From the human T2T-CHM13v2.0 reference genome, Homo sapiens, in NCBI RefSeq assembly GCF_009914755.1, contig NC_060926.1: a stretch of 64,000 nucleotides of DNA; one strand, written 5' to 3'. The notes under the pieces were generated by a model, which saw only the letters and a program-made list of their open reading frames with translations, searched no databases and was not told the DNA's origin. The position numbers and the translations under genes are program-made. Of the stretch, positions 45,435 through 59,919 are shown in pieces; within the stretch, counting starts at the first letter, position 1; each line of letters opens with the position of its first letter.

Positions 45435-46145
45435 TAACTCACTAGCAATCAAGGAGATGAAAATTAAATTAACACTTCAATGAAATACTGATACACACCC
45501 ACCAGACTGATAATACAATAATAGTGGAAACTCTCATCTACTACTACTCGTGGGAGAGAATGTTGGTGCAACCAATTTGGAAAACGGTTGGCAATATCTC
45601 CTAAGTTTCAGCATACGCACACCTTATGACCTAGCACTTCCACTATTAACATATACCCAAAAGAAAAGCATGCACATGTATGTCAAGAAACATACACATA
45701 ATATGCACAGCAATATTTTAAAAAGCCCAAATTTTAAGAAATCCAAATGTCTGTCCCAAGAATGGATAAACTATGTTTCATTTATACAATAAAATGCACA
45801 TATACAAACACACACACACACACACACACACAAAATGCAGCTGTAAGCAAAAATATGGATGAATCTCACAAAAATTGAGAAAAATAGACACAAAATATGT
45901 ATACTACATTTTTATATTTATATAAGGTTCAAAAGTTAAGTTGAATCTATGGTTTTAGAAGTCAAGAAGGATTTATCTTACAGGAGAGGAGAAAGGAGAG
46001 TGATGAATAACATGAGGGAACTTTTGCAGTGCTGATAATGTTTTTCTTGAATGCTGGTTTAAACTGATGTGTACACCTTGTAATATTTAATTGAACTGTT
46101 TACTTGTGATTTTTAAACTTTTCTGTGTATATTACACTTCAACAG
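45435..46145 (+). mobile_element. Old L1 (L1ME-like) 3' fragment containing a (CA)n repeat at about 45808-45831
   Basis: 'tttggaaaacggttggcaatatct...tatgacctagcacttccact...atatacccaa...aaatccaaatgtc...atggatgaatctcacaaa'. Confidence 0.8.
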
Positions 46146-49100
46146 AGAATGCTTTTTCTTTTTAATAAAAGGCACATAAGCAACCTTAGAATGTTTTAGA
46201 AATTCTCATTTATTTAGCTAACTAGGCTAAATAGTTTTTCTCTTTGTAGGGACAACTTTTAAAAGGAATTCATGGTTCACTTTTTATGCTTTACAGAAAA
46301 TCCTTCACTCTTTAATGCGTCCAATTTTTTTTCATAGCATGTCAGATGCGCATTATTCAATGCAGTTGATTGGCCTCATGGCATAAAAATGGAATCCAAG
46401 ACTGTAAAAGAAAGGTTTGCTTATGATAAAATTGGGAAATAAGCAAATATTAGAATTTACACTTTAATAAATAATTCTAAATTGCATGTTTTTAAGCCAT
46501 GCCATTTTTTCCCCTCTAAAAATGGCAGAAATCATTTTATGCTCTGAACCCTTTCTCTACAGATATTCAAATGGGAAGACATTTCATTTCTCCCAGTTCT
46601 CATTCTTAACACTCCATGCTGAGTTGAAATTCAGGGGCAAAGAGTTGCTCACTACACTCCAGCCCTGGCAGAGTTGCCTCCCATTGCCTTTCTGTGAAAA
46701 TCTTCTATCTCCAGTTATTTGGCTTAATATTTGAAGCATGTGGAAGCTGCTGAGTTAGATGTTTGACTGGACTGTGTTCTGCACCCCGGTTAGGATTCTA
46801 GGGCCTATTCTTCGACGTTTATGTAATGTCTTTGTCCCTTTCTCTTGCCTCCTTCCCTCTCCACTCTCTCTCTTTCTCTCTTTCTTTCTTGTCTTAAAGG
46901 CTTTACTATTTACTCATTTCCCACTCCAAGACTCCTGAACACAGGAGAAAGCAGATCTTAATAATAGACTTTAGCATCTGATATTTTAGCTACGATGCAA
47001 TCATTGGATACTTGTAAATTGTAAAGCAAAATAATCTCTTCAAGTGTCCTCTGTTATTTCAAGTGTTATCACGGTGCATGCTATGTGCAAGTCCAGGAAA
47101 GAGTTTGAAACATCTGATGGTGTTGTCTATTTCTAAACTGGGTGATTCAAACAAAGCCCAGGTTTTCTGTAATTGACTCAGAGTAATATCTGCAATGTTA
47201 ATAAATCATAAGAATGCCAGTTTAATTTTTCTCTCACTCCCTTCACATCTATAATGCACTTAGAATTACAAGCATCTATGTAAACTTGTATAAATATGTG
47301 CCATATTTTCATCAGTGTCACCTCTCTATATACTCTCACATAATTACTACACACTCATATTTAAATTCCAAGTATCAATTCAGCTATTTATCTAATAAAA
47401 TGAATACTTCATTGGTACTTAGCCCAGTGGAAACTGGCTTACTAATTTAGCAAAGTATGAAGAATAGTATATGAGAAGGCTTCTTCAGTATGTAATTGTT
47501 TACTTTGGTTCTAAAGGTTACTTTACTGATCTATAAGCTCTGAAGAAAAATAGAGAAACTTAATAGTTACTAAATAAACACCATTTTATTTTTTATACCA
47601 CAGCACTAAAAATATTAATGATCCCATCGAGGTGACTACTTTAAGCACCAAAAATACTTTAAAACCATTTTGAAAGTAGCCTTTATAAAAGATAGATACA
47701 TATTTTCTTAAGTAAAATGTATTGATATTTTACTAATCATTTATCACTAAGAGGATCAATTATTTGTATGAACTTACCTTTGTTGAAGTTTTATAGCCTT
47801 CGGATTTATTTTTTATATTTCACTTTTGCTAAGTGAAATGTTAGTGAATATGGAGAAGTAGGCAAATCTAAATGAAAAACTTAGTAATTTCCCCAAAAAT
47901 AAAGGAGACAGTAGGCAGCAAAGGATGGCCTTCTACTTTCTAATACAGATACACAACCACTCAACTCACACTCCACTTTCACACACAAATTTGTATGTGA
48001 AATTTGTTGTTCAAATTTGAAATTCAGCTTAGTAATTAGTAGCACTAAAATAAAGTTGGAAATAGTGATAGATGGAAAATGACAGTTTTAGAAGAAAAAT
48101 ATAGATAAAAGATTTTGTTGTTGTGGGGGGTGGTATAAAGAAGGGATTCAAGATAGAAAAGAGTGGTTGAAGACAAGATGAGTCTAGGTACATTGGTCAG
48201 TAGAAACAGTCGATTTATGAACTGTACAGTTAATCATCTTATGAACGATGTGTAATTTGGCTATAAATATAAAATGGAAAGGATGAATTCATAATTGATT
48301 ATTTGCTGTGGACATGTATGTGCCTTATTGTATACTAGGAACCCTGGAAAGAGCTCAGAAATGCATGATGGGACACTAGCTCTGAGATAACTGACAAGTC
48401 AATCATAAGGTTAAAGCAAGAAGAAAAAAGGACCCAACATTGATCTAAATGGTTACTGTGGCAAAAGCCTAAACTTATTACTACCCAAAGTAATGTCTTC
48501 CTTCCTATTGAGCATTCCATCTCATAAGTTTTGAGCATTTTACTGACCTGAATGGCATAACAGACGAGATAGTCTATATATGGTAAGAAGGAATAATAAT
48601 GAAATGTAACTAATCTGTTCTAAGAAAGTAGAGTGAACCATGAACTTACACAACCCTTTATATTCACAATATAAAAATTTTTATAACCTCTGTTAGGGTA
48701 ATTACACTAAGAACTACCTAGTAGCACCAAACACAATAATGTAATCTAAAGGACAATGATGAATATGTAATTACAGAGTATTCATATGGTAATTAGGTAG
48801 ATAGTAACTGAAGAATAAATGAATGGCTAATGTCTGCCACAGAAGTAAAGTAATTTTCAAGGGAGATCATTATTGCACACTCTCTCTTTTTCTTTCTCTT
48901 TTAATGTTTCTTTTCATGTAACCAGAAATACAAGTAAATATATTTTCCTTTAATCTTTTCACAGTAATAGACTCTACATAAAAATATGTGCGTGTATGTG
49001 CAAATGCACAGGTTTACAAATATTTATGGAAAGCCATATAGCTATACAATCTATAACTGCATTTAACTTATTTCCCTAATATTTTTCTATAGAAAAGTAA

Positions 49101-50024
49101 TTGCCAAAACTATTTAGCTATTTACTCATATTTGCAACTGGGCTATTCACATTGTAATAATTAGTGAAGTGTGAAATTTAAAGAGAAGAAAATCAAAATA
49201 AACTAATATCAGCTAAGCAGGGTATGAAGATACCATATAAGGATAATAAGAAACTGGAGAGCCTTTAATGGCTAATACAGAATGGTCATATAGGAGAAAC
49301 TATATGAGAATTAGACATTAATATTATTGCATTTTATGAATGGACACTTATTGTTCTACTTCACTGAATTTTAATCTGGCCTTTAAAAATAAATTTTGTG
49401 AAATGGTTTTATATTCATCATTTAAGTATGCATTTGATAATTTAAGGCTGCATTCACACACACAAACCAACAACAAATTAAAAGTAGGATGGAATTACCA
49501 TCACAAAGACTAGGTAAATTTCACAGTGCATATCCCCAGGCATTCTGTAACTGAGGAGCCAGTTTCCGTGCAATTTATATTCCACCTTCACTGTTATATT
49601 TAATTGTGTCCCAGAGGCAGTAGATCCTATGAATTCTGCTGATATTATCCCTGCAGAGTGGTTTATGGTTGCTTCCATATCTGTATGAAATGTAGAATTT
49701 CCAGAGCAACCAACAATATAATTTTATAAACTTTTGATGAATACTTATACTGGGATGAGATAATAAGGAAAAGAAAAAAAAATGGCCAGAATTTGAGGTA
49801 CTGGAAGCCTAAGTCCAGTCCTTCCTCGGTCTAACAATATGACCTCACCTGAGTTTCCTGATTAAGTTCTCCAAGATATCCTTTGGCCATCTTTGAACTG
49901 AGGCAGTTACATTAAATCATGCCCAAGATTATGTCATGATTCCTTCCTCACCCACCAATTTCCAATGGTGCCCTCTATCTAGGTTTAGCACCTTCTTTTA
50001 GTAAAATGATGTAAATGATAATTA

Positions 50025-50240
50025 CGATGTTGATAAACACTCATTTTTCAGTGTCTCCTACATGCCAGGCACATGGGTTTTTGGTATAGTCAGAGGCATT
50101 AGATGGTGTTACCCTCTTTTTATAGATAAATAAACTGATGCACATAGAGGTTAAGCAATTGCCAAGGCTTGCACACAAACAAGAGGTAGAACAGAACTTC
50201 AAATCCAAATAGGCCTAACTCTAGAGGATAAACTCTTATT
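50025..50240 (-). mobile_element. MIR element
   Basis: 'tttatagataaataaactgatgcacatagaggttaagcaattgccaagg'. Confidence 0.7.
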
Positions 50241-52549
50241 TTTCATATTTAGTGATTCATAAATACGTTCAGGAAAACAAATCTACAAAGTGATTTGAAT
50301 ATCTTTGCTGTTCTCTTTCCTTTCTGTGTATTTAAAATGGAAAGTATCCCATCTCTGTGGACATCTTAGGACCTACCCAGCAGTTGGAATATTAAAGGAT
50401 CCTGTAGCAGCAAAGGCAGCAGACCCACAAGAAGTCTGCACGATAATGACACAGCCTATAATCTCAAAGCTCAGGGACACAAGCTGGCATTCTCACACCT
50501 GAGCTGAAGGTTCAAATGTCAGATGTTATCCACTGCAGTCTCTCATTCCAATCCAAGTTAGATGTTTGTCTCTCTATCTATGGATAGTTGGTTCAAAGCA
50601 TGGGATTCTCACACTTGTAGAAAACACCCAACCATCAAGGTGATCTATTCATTATCAGACATGATCAACTCTGGGTCACTCTAAGCAAATAAGAAACCAA
50701 AATAATAGCCGAGAAATCACAAAGTAAGACATACCTACAGCATTATCATTTACTTACATCTAATTTCGGATGAGGACATTTGAAAGGTTTTCTGGAAAAG
50801 TTTTATAATTCTTAAATATGTTAATAAGAGCAATTGTGGACTTTCATTACCTAGAGATACATAGCAGATGAGTGTCAGTTTTTCATCTAGCATGGCTTAG
50901 GAGTCAAAACACATAGAGTAACTTGTATACATTGTATACAATTTGTATAGAATTTTATGTCTTTGAAGAATTAAATCAGGAGATAGAATTTAAAAAGACT
51001 TAATATTGGGATTTATCCTTTTTTACATTCCTCAAATGTTTTACACAGCCTAAGATTTTTAATAATTAAACTTTAGTGCATAGTGCTAAATATACCTTCC
51101 AAAGTCAGAGCTGTGTTTAATAAAGTAGGCAAACATTAAATCCAGGTATGCCAATTAAATATTCACTGAGGAAAAAATGCCTGCAAAACTCTGATTAGAA
51201 ATGATAAATTTTCATCATGAAAGCATGCCTAAGGAAATACCACTTTCTATTATACTAATGAAAATAGTAATGTATTCCAAATATTTCTATATAAAGGAAT
51301 TTTGAAAATTAAAGAATAAAATCATCTTGATCAGTCAGTGACATCTCTAAGTGTCCAGGGAGATGGAAAATGTAAAACTCAGCCAAATTATCAAAAATTT
51401 GATTTGAGTGAGTGACATATGGGGTGGGATTTTTAAAGTATCAGCATTTAAATTTTTGACAAACTGCCATTGTAAAATGCATATTAACAATGATGGCATC
51501 AATAGTTTTCAAAATAGTCAAAAATCAACTCATAGAGCTATCATAACAATGTTTTAATGAGACAAACTTATAGGAGGTATTCATAATTTTTGTTTATAAA
51601 CAGTGTTTTGGGTTGAGTAGTTCTTTATTTTTAAAGTAGTCCAGCTATAAAAGATTTTAGCAAGTAACTGTAAATGGTAAAGTCATCTGAGACTTGTGAG
51701 CAAGCTGAGTTGCAGATGACAGCTAAATATGGCTTATCAGATGAGGCTAACTGAAACCCAAATAAGTGAATAAGCATATGAAGGCCTGAAAAAAGAATGG
51801 AAATGAAGCGTGCAAATATAGGCCACGCCTCCACAGCCATAAACAAGCCATTTGCCATTATTTAGGCCCTAATTTCTCTATCAAGACACTGAGTATGTAT
51901 TAAGGTTCAATTAATTTCAGCCTGATACAATTAATTAACATATACTGTGTTAGTATCTACAGTGTTAATATTTTACATGCCTCCAGAGTGCTTAAATTCT
52001 GATAGAATCCTAAAGGCTAACATAGTTGAAAACAATTATCAATACTAGATTTTCATTAACAAATACATGGCTTCCCCCCCTCCCCCCCAAAAAAAAACCG
52101 TTTTTCAGAGTGCAAAGTAATGACTCAATTTTCAAAAACTGGAAAGGAATTCATGGAGAAATGCATGGTGGATAAAGCTGGATAGGAGGTAATCATGAAA
52201 AAGATTTCTATCTCAGATGAGAGCATCATGAGGAAAGTTATTGTCATCATGTTGTATGTAGCCTAACTGGAGGGCAGGCAACATCTCACCTCATCATAGT
52301 GAGAGAATACAACACCATCTTATACACACCCATACAGTTCCTAATTTTATCTTTCCCTTCCTGTTTCCTTTTTCATTCTTTCCTCCTTTCTTTCTATCTC
52401 TTTTATATCCTTCCATCCTTATTTTCTTCCTTCTTTCAAGCTACCCACTTCAAATCTATAGTTGAAGCAACGATTTCTGATATACATAAATGTACTTTGC
52501 TTCTAGTTTTTTTTCAATGTTACAATGCAACCAAAAATATGAGTGAAAA

Positions 52550-52797
52550 GTTAGATGATAGATAAATAGAGGGATGATAAAGATAGATGTATATTTGTCT
52601 CTCTATACATATATCTTGCTACCACCCCAGTGTAGAAATCTCTATGTATATATCTATCTATATCTATATATGGATATCTATATACCTACCTATATCTATA
52701 TACCTAGATATACCTAGATATCTATATATAACTCTGTATAACTAGATATCTATCTCTATATGTACCTAGATATTCATATCCATATACCTAGATATCT

Positions 52798-52833
<36 letters not shown>

Positions 52834-53220
52834 GGATATCTATATACCTATCTATATATTTATATATGGATAATCCCTATATCTCTCTCTCTATATATAT
52901 ATGTGTGTGTATATATATGTGTGTGTGTAGATACACATGTATATATGTGTGTGTAGATACATATACATATCTACATCTATATCTATATATGGATATCTAT
53001 GGATAGAGATATAGATAGGTATATGTATCTACACATATATATACATAGAGAAATTTCTATATTGTGTGATAGCAAGATATATATAGATAGGTGTGTATAT
53101 ATACATACACACATATACATATGTATATATGTGTACATATATACACATACATATATATACACACATATATATATATACACACAGAGAGAGAGATATTTCT
53201 ACACTGGTGTGATAGCAAGA
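52550..53220. repeat. Complex (TA)/(TATC)/(TG)/(CA) low-complexity array with embedded inverted and direct 30-bp units
   Basis: Direct reading. Confidence 0.9.
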
Positions 53221-55423
53221 AGAAAAACAGATTATGTAGAAGTGATTATTATTTAATCAGAATTCACTAAAATATTGAGAGTCACCTTGAAAAGGTCACC
53301 TGGCAGAATAATATATACAAACTAGCAAGGATCCCCTGGTTAACTGTGCCATTTCTTTAGGTCAGATATGTATAAACAAACAATTTATTGATATGTAATA
53401 ATCAGGTTCCCTCTGTACTAAGACTTTCATAATAATTCAAAGGTTTCAGAAAATCACTTTAATTACATTGTTAATAGCATTTAACCTTTAACAAGATTAG
53501 AAATATGCATTCAATCACTGTAATTAATCAATAAAATACTAATCCCAGATACTTTTATTTAGAAAGACTATTTTTAAAAATCATCCTCATAAATTGTTCT
53601 GCCCTTAAGGAGAAGGGATTCAGTCATTACTCTTTCATGTGTATAGTGTACATGAAGATAGTGCAGTGAGAAACTATATGATATAGTAAGTAATGTGTTT
53701 TTGCTTTTGAAGCCTCTGACCTTTCTCTTTATTCAGGAAGTGGTTAGATTCTTAATTATACTTCTTTACTTTTCATAATCTCTAGTCTCACTACCTGACA
53801 TATAACATGTTTGCATATTCTTTATAAATAAAACAGTACAATAAGAGCAGTTTTCTGTTTTATTCATAATAAAATCCCAAGCCTCAGTGGCTGGCACACA
53901 GTAGATGCTCTACTAATATTTGTTGAATTAATAAATGAGCGCTTCCCCTTGGAAAGCAGGGCACTATGGAAGGCAGAGAACAAGAGTAATACTGCTGATT
54001 GTTTAGCTTTAAAACCCCTAAGCAAGTTATAAATTTTTATAAATATTGGATCATCCAAGGCTGGTTCGTCCTATTCTGAAACTAACCGAAGTTTGCCAGC
54101 ATGGGTTTGTGTTCAGATGGAGGAATAAAAGAGGGAGACTGGAAAGGAAAATCACTTGGGAAGCAAAGACAGATGCCATCAAGTGCCAATGAGAGAGCCC
54201 TTGGACATCCAGTGCCAACATAAAACAGACACTCAGATGCTGGATCAGTGAACCAACTATTGGCCACTCTAGACATGCCATATGAATAAAAATGTGACTT
54301 GCCAAATTCCCAGAAATATGGCATGCCACAGAATTAGACTAAACTTTTCAGCTTCCAGTGGTCATAATCTAATCTGTGCATGGAAGTAAGCCCAGTCATA
54401 AAACTATTTTCGTCAGTGTTCTGATCTACTTACTTTCAATGACTCAATGCAAAAGTTCATTCTAAATTCATGTATCATTTTAGAAATTATGAAGTGAAGC
54501 ATCTGATGCTATAAAATTAATGTTTATTTTCATTATCTAAATTATATACCTAAATATATATGACCTTATGTATATATATTATCATCATAAGCACTCAAAG
54601 TATCTATTAAAATGAAAATTATAAAAATAAATATCTGCATTAATTTTACAATTTACAGAAGACTTTTCTTATAGATTATCGCACTTTAAACTTACAATTT
54701 TAGGAAATATTAACTTTTTTTTACAGATAGTGTAACTGTCACCTGTGATGATGAAAATAATAGTTTGAGAAACCAAAGTTATAGAATACTGTTTGTTAGT
54801 TCATATATATTTACTTCAGATAGTTTTACACGATTAAAAAAGAATATTTTAATTCTGCATCTTCACCTCTAAAACCTAGCATTTCTTCAACAAATCTAGA
54901 TTCTCATTTGACATATTCTAGGAGTGTGAACTCAGACTATACATCCAACAAAATTCAAAAATCCACTGAAATTGTTTTAAAACATTTTATTTATTTATTT
55001 AGGTTTAGATAGGGGATCTGATCAAAAAGGTCAGAACCTAAAAAAATCAGAATCCTACACTACTTTCTAATGTAAGGAGCAATGAAATCTGGAGTTGAAA
55101 AATACTAGCTTAATTCTAGTTCTTCATGGTCTAGAGGTACCACAGAAATGACCTTAATTCTTGTCCTGAGATGTTAATCGAGAAATCAGTTAAATCAGGT
55201 GCCATTCATTGTGTCGTCCTATCCATCTGAATTTATTTGTTTCTGCCAATAAGTTGATTCATTTCTGTCAGTTGATTTTCAAGGAAAGGTTGCTCTGAGA
55301 TCATCATTATAAATCTTCCAAGTTCTCAAAACTAATAAAATACAAATTGTTTTGTCAAACTGAAATTTAGATCATATTATTACCATGGGTTTAGACATGG
55401 ATCTTCAAGGGATATTGCAAGTA

Positions 55424-55441
55424 AAAAAAAAAAAAAAAAAA
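55424..55441 (+). repeat. Poly(A) tract
   Basis: Direct reading. Confidence 0.9.
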
Positions 55442-58400
55442 TCCAAATGTAGTCACTTGACCTTTGAACTAATCTAGCACTATTACAGACTAAGTGGCTT
55501 CCTATTCCCATGGTGCTCTGTACTTAAGGTGTATCGGATTCTGTGAAGCAACCCCTGCTACACTGGTTTTTCTCTTAATAGGTTATTTTCATATTATGGA
55601 GGATCTATATTGTGAAAAATTATTGTCTGTCTCTGGCATGACGTTACATTTTAATTTAACTTTGCTTTTATTTGTTGGAACTTTCACTTTATTTGTTGGA
55701 AAATGTAGTGGATTAAAAAATGTCTACATTTATTTAATCAGATTTATGATGTATTTTTGCATCTATAAAAATGAAATTAAATGCACTATTTCATATATTG
55801 CTTTCTATTTCTGCTATTATATATTCTTTATTTGATGATAGGCTATACGACCATAGAGTAAATTATAAATCTTTCCTCCTTTCTCTCATCTTTATACCCT
55901 TGAACTCAGAACATATACATTTAAAATTTGGGGATTTTTTTTTTTTCCTTGACAGCTGACAATGACATACTGACTCATAGTCTCTTTTGCCATTCTTATC
56001 TATAATAAGGATAAATACCAAATGTTTCTAGCAGTATAGCTACAAAAGAGGTTATATCTTTTATATAAAACAGACTCATAATACCAGTTTGTAGTGATTA
56101 AATCTTTAATAGTTAAACATAAAGGTTATCATATTATCTATAAGAAAGGAATTTAATTTCTTCTCTTTAAAGCATTTAAAGATTTCTGACTCAGCATTTT
56201 TTCAAAGCATGTTTAGTAGTAGACATTCCAAATTTGATATAAATAACCACGTTTAAAAGTTACTCTTAAATTTACATTTGAACTTTTAAAAGTGATGTTA
56301 GCAGACGCATTTAACTAGCAACAATTTGATTTGAGGTAAGCCTCAAATAAATATTTTTGTTTAGTCTGCATGTCTCTACATAATTTATGTGCTACATTGT
56401 TTTAAGTACTCAATTTTGTTTTCAGGTAATTATTTGTGAATCCATGCAGTTTACTTAACACCAAGTATAGCAGAATCACAGTCATGGCTTCTATTCATGA
56501 AAAGCCATGCATTGTTTTTTTTTCAGGGACAGATTTCCCAACAGATATTTAAATACAAATCCATTAAAAGGTTACTGTTAGCTGTGAGACATATCATTTT
56601 TCAACCTACAACTAAGTGACTTTGAGATGCCTTTCATTGTCTTTACACTGCTTTGTATATGTACTCTTCCTTACATTGTAAAAAGAAGGGTCAAAACATG
56701 TCTATAATGCTAACATGGCATAAAAGTAGAAGATTAAACCACCTTGGCCTGAGTAAAGGTGAAGCATTGTGAGATTAGAGTTGTCTCAATATCAGGTGAA
56801 GCTGGCATGGAAAAAAGTTCCTGCTATGATGCCAACAAGAGTAATTAAGCATTCTTAAAATTTTTTTATTCAGTAGTGCTCACCAAAATTACTAAATATA
56901 ATTACTAATATTTCAAGGGCAAGTTCCGTGGTGTACAGATAAAAGTTTATCAATAGTTTAATTTTATAAACATGCTGCTGAAATTTCAAACAATTATGTG
57001 AAAAATAATGGTATGCTTCTAAGTAGTATGAAATAAAGTCCATTTCTGATCTTTTATCATTTTTGACTATACAATTCGAAGTCCGCTTTATCTAACTTTT
57101 ACTCTAAAAAGATACATCAGTTGTTTTTCTATTCATCAAAGTTATACAAGCCAAGTGTCTTCAAAAAACTTTTATACTGATAAATCCCCAATGCCTAGAG
57201 CAATGAATGATATTTAATGTTGTTTAATACATATCAGTTGAATGAGTTAATTCTAATAATCAGCATTTGTAGTTTCAAATCACATATGAATTAATATCTG
57301 CTTGGAAAAACATACATTGGTTTCTAATAAATTTCCTTTTATGTATAAGCACGTACGCCTAAAATTATTTTCCTCTTATTATTTTTACTTTTTTTTTTAA
57401 TGAAGGCATAACATTAAAACAAAAATCTGTTTGAAAAGTCTAGTTTTACTATTGGGTCAAAATGGTCTTCAACAAATTTTTACAACCCTGACAATTTTTT
57501 TGAAATAATCTACGGTAAAAGAATAACTAAAATAATTAATTATTTTACCCTTACCTCAACATTCTCTATCATTATCACACTAGAAAATATATGTATCTAT
57601 TCCCTTCACATTGATTAAAATCTAATTTTATTTTTACACTTTTTTCCTTTAATCTTTGAAACTGGAATGTAAGCACCCAGTTTCTCATGGACCATCAAGG
57701 ATCTTCATGAGTTTTTAAGAAAATATGGCCCAGAACTCTGATCCTGCCTTTGGAGAGGGATCTTGCTAGAGCACAGAAAAATAACTGGGCCTACCAGTCT
57801 GTAAACAGGATCTTTCTACTTTGCTCACATGCATCCAAACTCCTAAATTCCAGGCACTGAATTCACTTGCAAGATTGATGAGGTATGCAAAACACTGTGG
57901 CCTGTTTAATATTCTAGTGGGGTAGATATTCATGAATGATATGAATATAAAGTGAAAAATGGCAAAGAGAAGTGCTGAGATTCTAGGAAAAAGGAGAGTT
58001 AAGAAGACAAAGTAGGGGGATTAAAGAGGTTTAGCAGACATTGAGGGTGTAATGTGTCACGTAAAAGAGGTATTAACAATTATAGCAGATGCACTTTGGA
58101 GGCAATAAACAGGTTTTCAAGGTTAGAAGAAAAGGTACATAAAGTAATGTGCTGCATTAATCCAGACAAGGGATGATAAGAACCTGAATGAAGACAACAC
58201 TTACTTTCTCATTAAGAGGAAAAGAGTTGGGAGAAAGTAGACAGGGCTCCAAAATGCTGTGCTAGTCTAAGTGTGAATGTTGTAAAGAATCTTAAATATT
58301 CAAATACTGAGGAAGGGGTTGGTTCTTATGGGTACTTTCACTTTCCAAATCACAATTCTTAAAGCTTTAGGCTCTGTTCGAATAATTGACCTTCCTATTA

Positions 58401-58652
58401 ACAGGAACAACTGAAAAGATTGTTCTCTTTTCCTGATCATTTTAAAAGTACTTTGGTCGCTTTTAGCTGGGCCTGCCATAAGCTTAACAGCTCAAGATTA
58501 AAGTTCCTATTAGTGCCTCTTTTCTATGGTGTAGAAGCTTGAAAGACCAGGTTGAGCCAGTATGCCATTTGAGCTTTGAGTGTTCTAGTGAGTCTCTAAA
58601 AGTCGCAGCATGGTGGGCAGGATATTGAATGGCAGAAAAATATATTAGACCA

Positions 58653-59077
58653 GGAGAAGCCCAGTTTTCAGAGTCAGATCCACAAAGCTAAAAGCTGTGG
58701 TTCCTATGCTCTCTAAATTGCAGATTAGGGAAAACTGCTTAATCTCATGTTGTTGGCACTTGCAAATTTGGACTAATAGTATTAATCTCAAAGGGTTGTG
58801 TGAACATTTGTTGAAAGGATACATATTCACATATTAGATAAAATAATGTGTCATAGCAACGTCTCTGGGATGAAAATATTACACATGTTTACTGAGTGTG
58901 ATTTATCTTGCCAGCCCTCCTGCTAATAGAAACAGGAAAAATAAATTTCCAAAGGCTTTCCCTTTGCATATGCTGTTCCCTCTTTGCATATGCTGTTCCC
59001 CCTTGCTGCTTACTCTTCTCATCTCTTGGCTTCTTGATTTCTTCTTATCTCAGCTTAGATACCACTTCAAGAAATTT

Positions 59078-59078
<1 letters not shown>
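58653..59078. repeat. Direct duplication, left copy (426 bp)
   Basis: About 95% identical to 59920-60409. Confidence 0.95.

Positions 59079-59082
<4 letters not shown>

Positions 59083-59132
<50 letters not shown>
59083..59132. repeat. (TA)n microsatellite in the L1 poly(A) tail
   Basis: About 25 TA units. Confidence 0.95.
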
Positions 59133-59136
<4 letters not shown>

Positions 59137-59919
59137 TATTATACTTTAAGTTCTAGGGTATATGTGCACAACGTGCAGGTTTGTTACATATGTATACATG
59201 TGTCGTGTTGGTGTGCTGCACCCATTAACTCGTCATTTACATTAGGTATATCTCCTAATGCTATCCCTCCTCACTCCCCCCACCCCACAACAGGCCCCGG
59301 TGTGTGATGTTCCCCTTCCTGTGTCCATGTGTTCTCATTGTTCAGTTCCCACCCATGACTGAGAACATGCAGCGTTTGGTTTCTTGTCCTTGCGATAGTT
59401 TGCTGAGAATGATGGTTTCCAGCTTCTTCCATGTCCGTACAAAGGACATGAACTCATCCTTTCTATGGCTGCATAGTATTCCATGGTGTATATGTGCCAC
59501 ATTTTCTTAATCCAGTCTATCATTGTTGGTCATTTGGGTTGGTTCCAAGTGTTTGCTATTGTGAATAGTGCCACAATAAACATATGTGTGCATGTTTCTT
59601 AATAGCAGCATGATTTATAGTCCTTTGGGTATATACCCAGTAATGGGATGGCTGGGTCAAATGGTATTTCTAGTTCTAGATCACTGAGGAATCACCACAC
59701 TGTCTTCCACAATGGTTGAACTAGTTTACAGTCCCACCAACAGTGTAAAAGTGTTCCTATTTCTCCACATCCTCTCCAGCACCTGTTGTTTCCTGACTTT
59801 TTAATGATCACCCTTCTAAGTGGTGTGAGATGGTATCTCACTGTGGTTTTGATTTGCATTTCTCTGATGGCCAGTGATGATGAGCATTTTTTCATGTGTC
59901 AGTTAGCTGCATAAATGTC
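59133..59919 (-). mobile_element. 5'-truncated L1PA (approximately PA4/PA5): 3' UTR and ORF2 C-terminal fragment
   Basis: 'ttattatactttaagttctaggg'; ORF2 remnants [13 protein letters not shown] and [43 protein letters not shown]. Confidence 0.97.

Noticed and set aside
49499-49680. Exon-like segment on the minus strand (catacag|AT ATG GAA ... ATG|gtaatt), open in the LRP1B frame
   Set aside because: 182 nt would shift the frame, there is no EGF or LDLR motif, and the splice signals are weak; at most a poison exon, with no support from sequence alone
50377-50498. Possible cryptic exon (ctcag| ... |gtaggt) on the minus strand
   Set aside because: In-frame stop in the required phase and a poor pyrimidine tract
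52806-53256. Tyr/Ile/Cys-rich ORFs
   Set aside because: Translations of TA/TG microsatellite
59335-59895. ORFs with L1 ORF2-like peptides
   Set aside because: Disrupted C-terminal fragments of a truncated L1, not a functional gene
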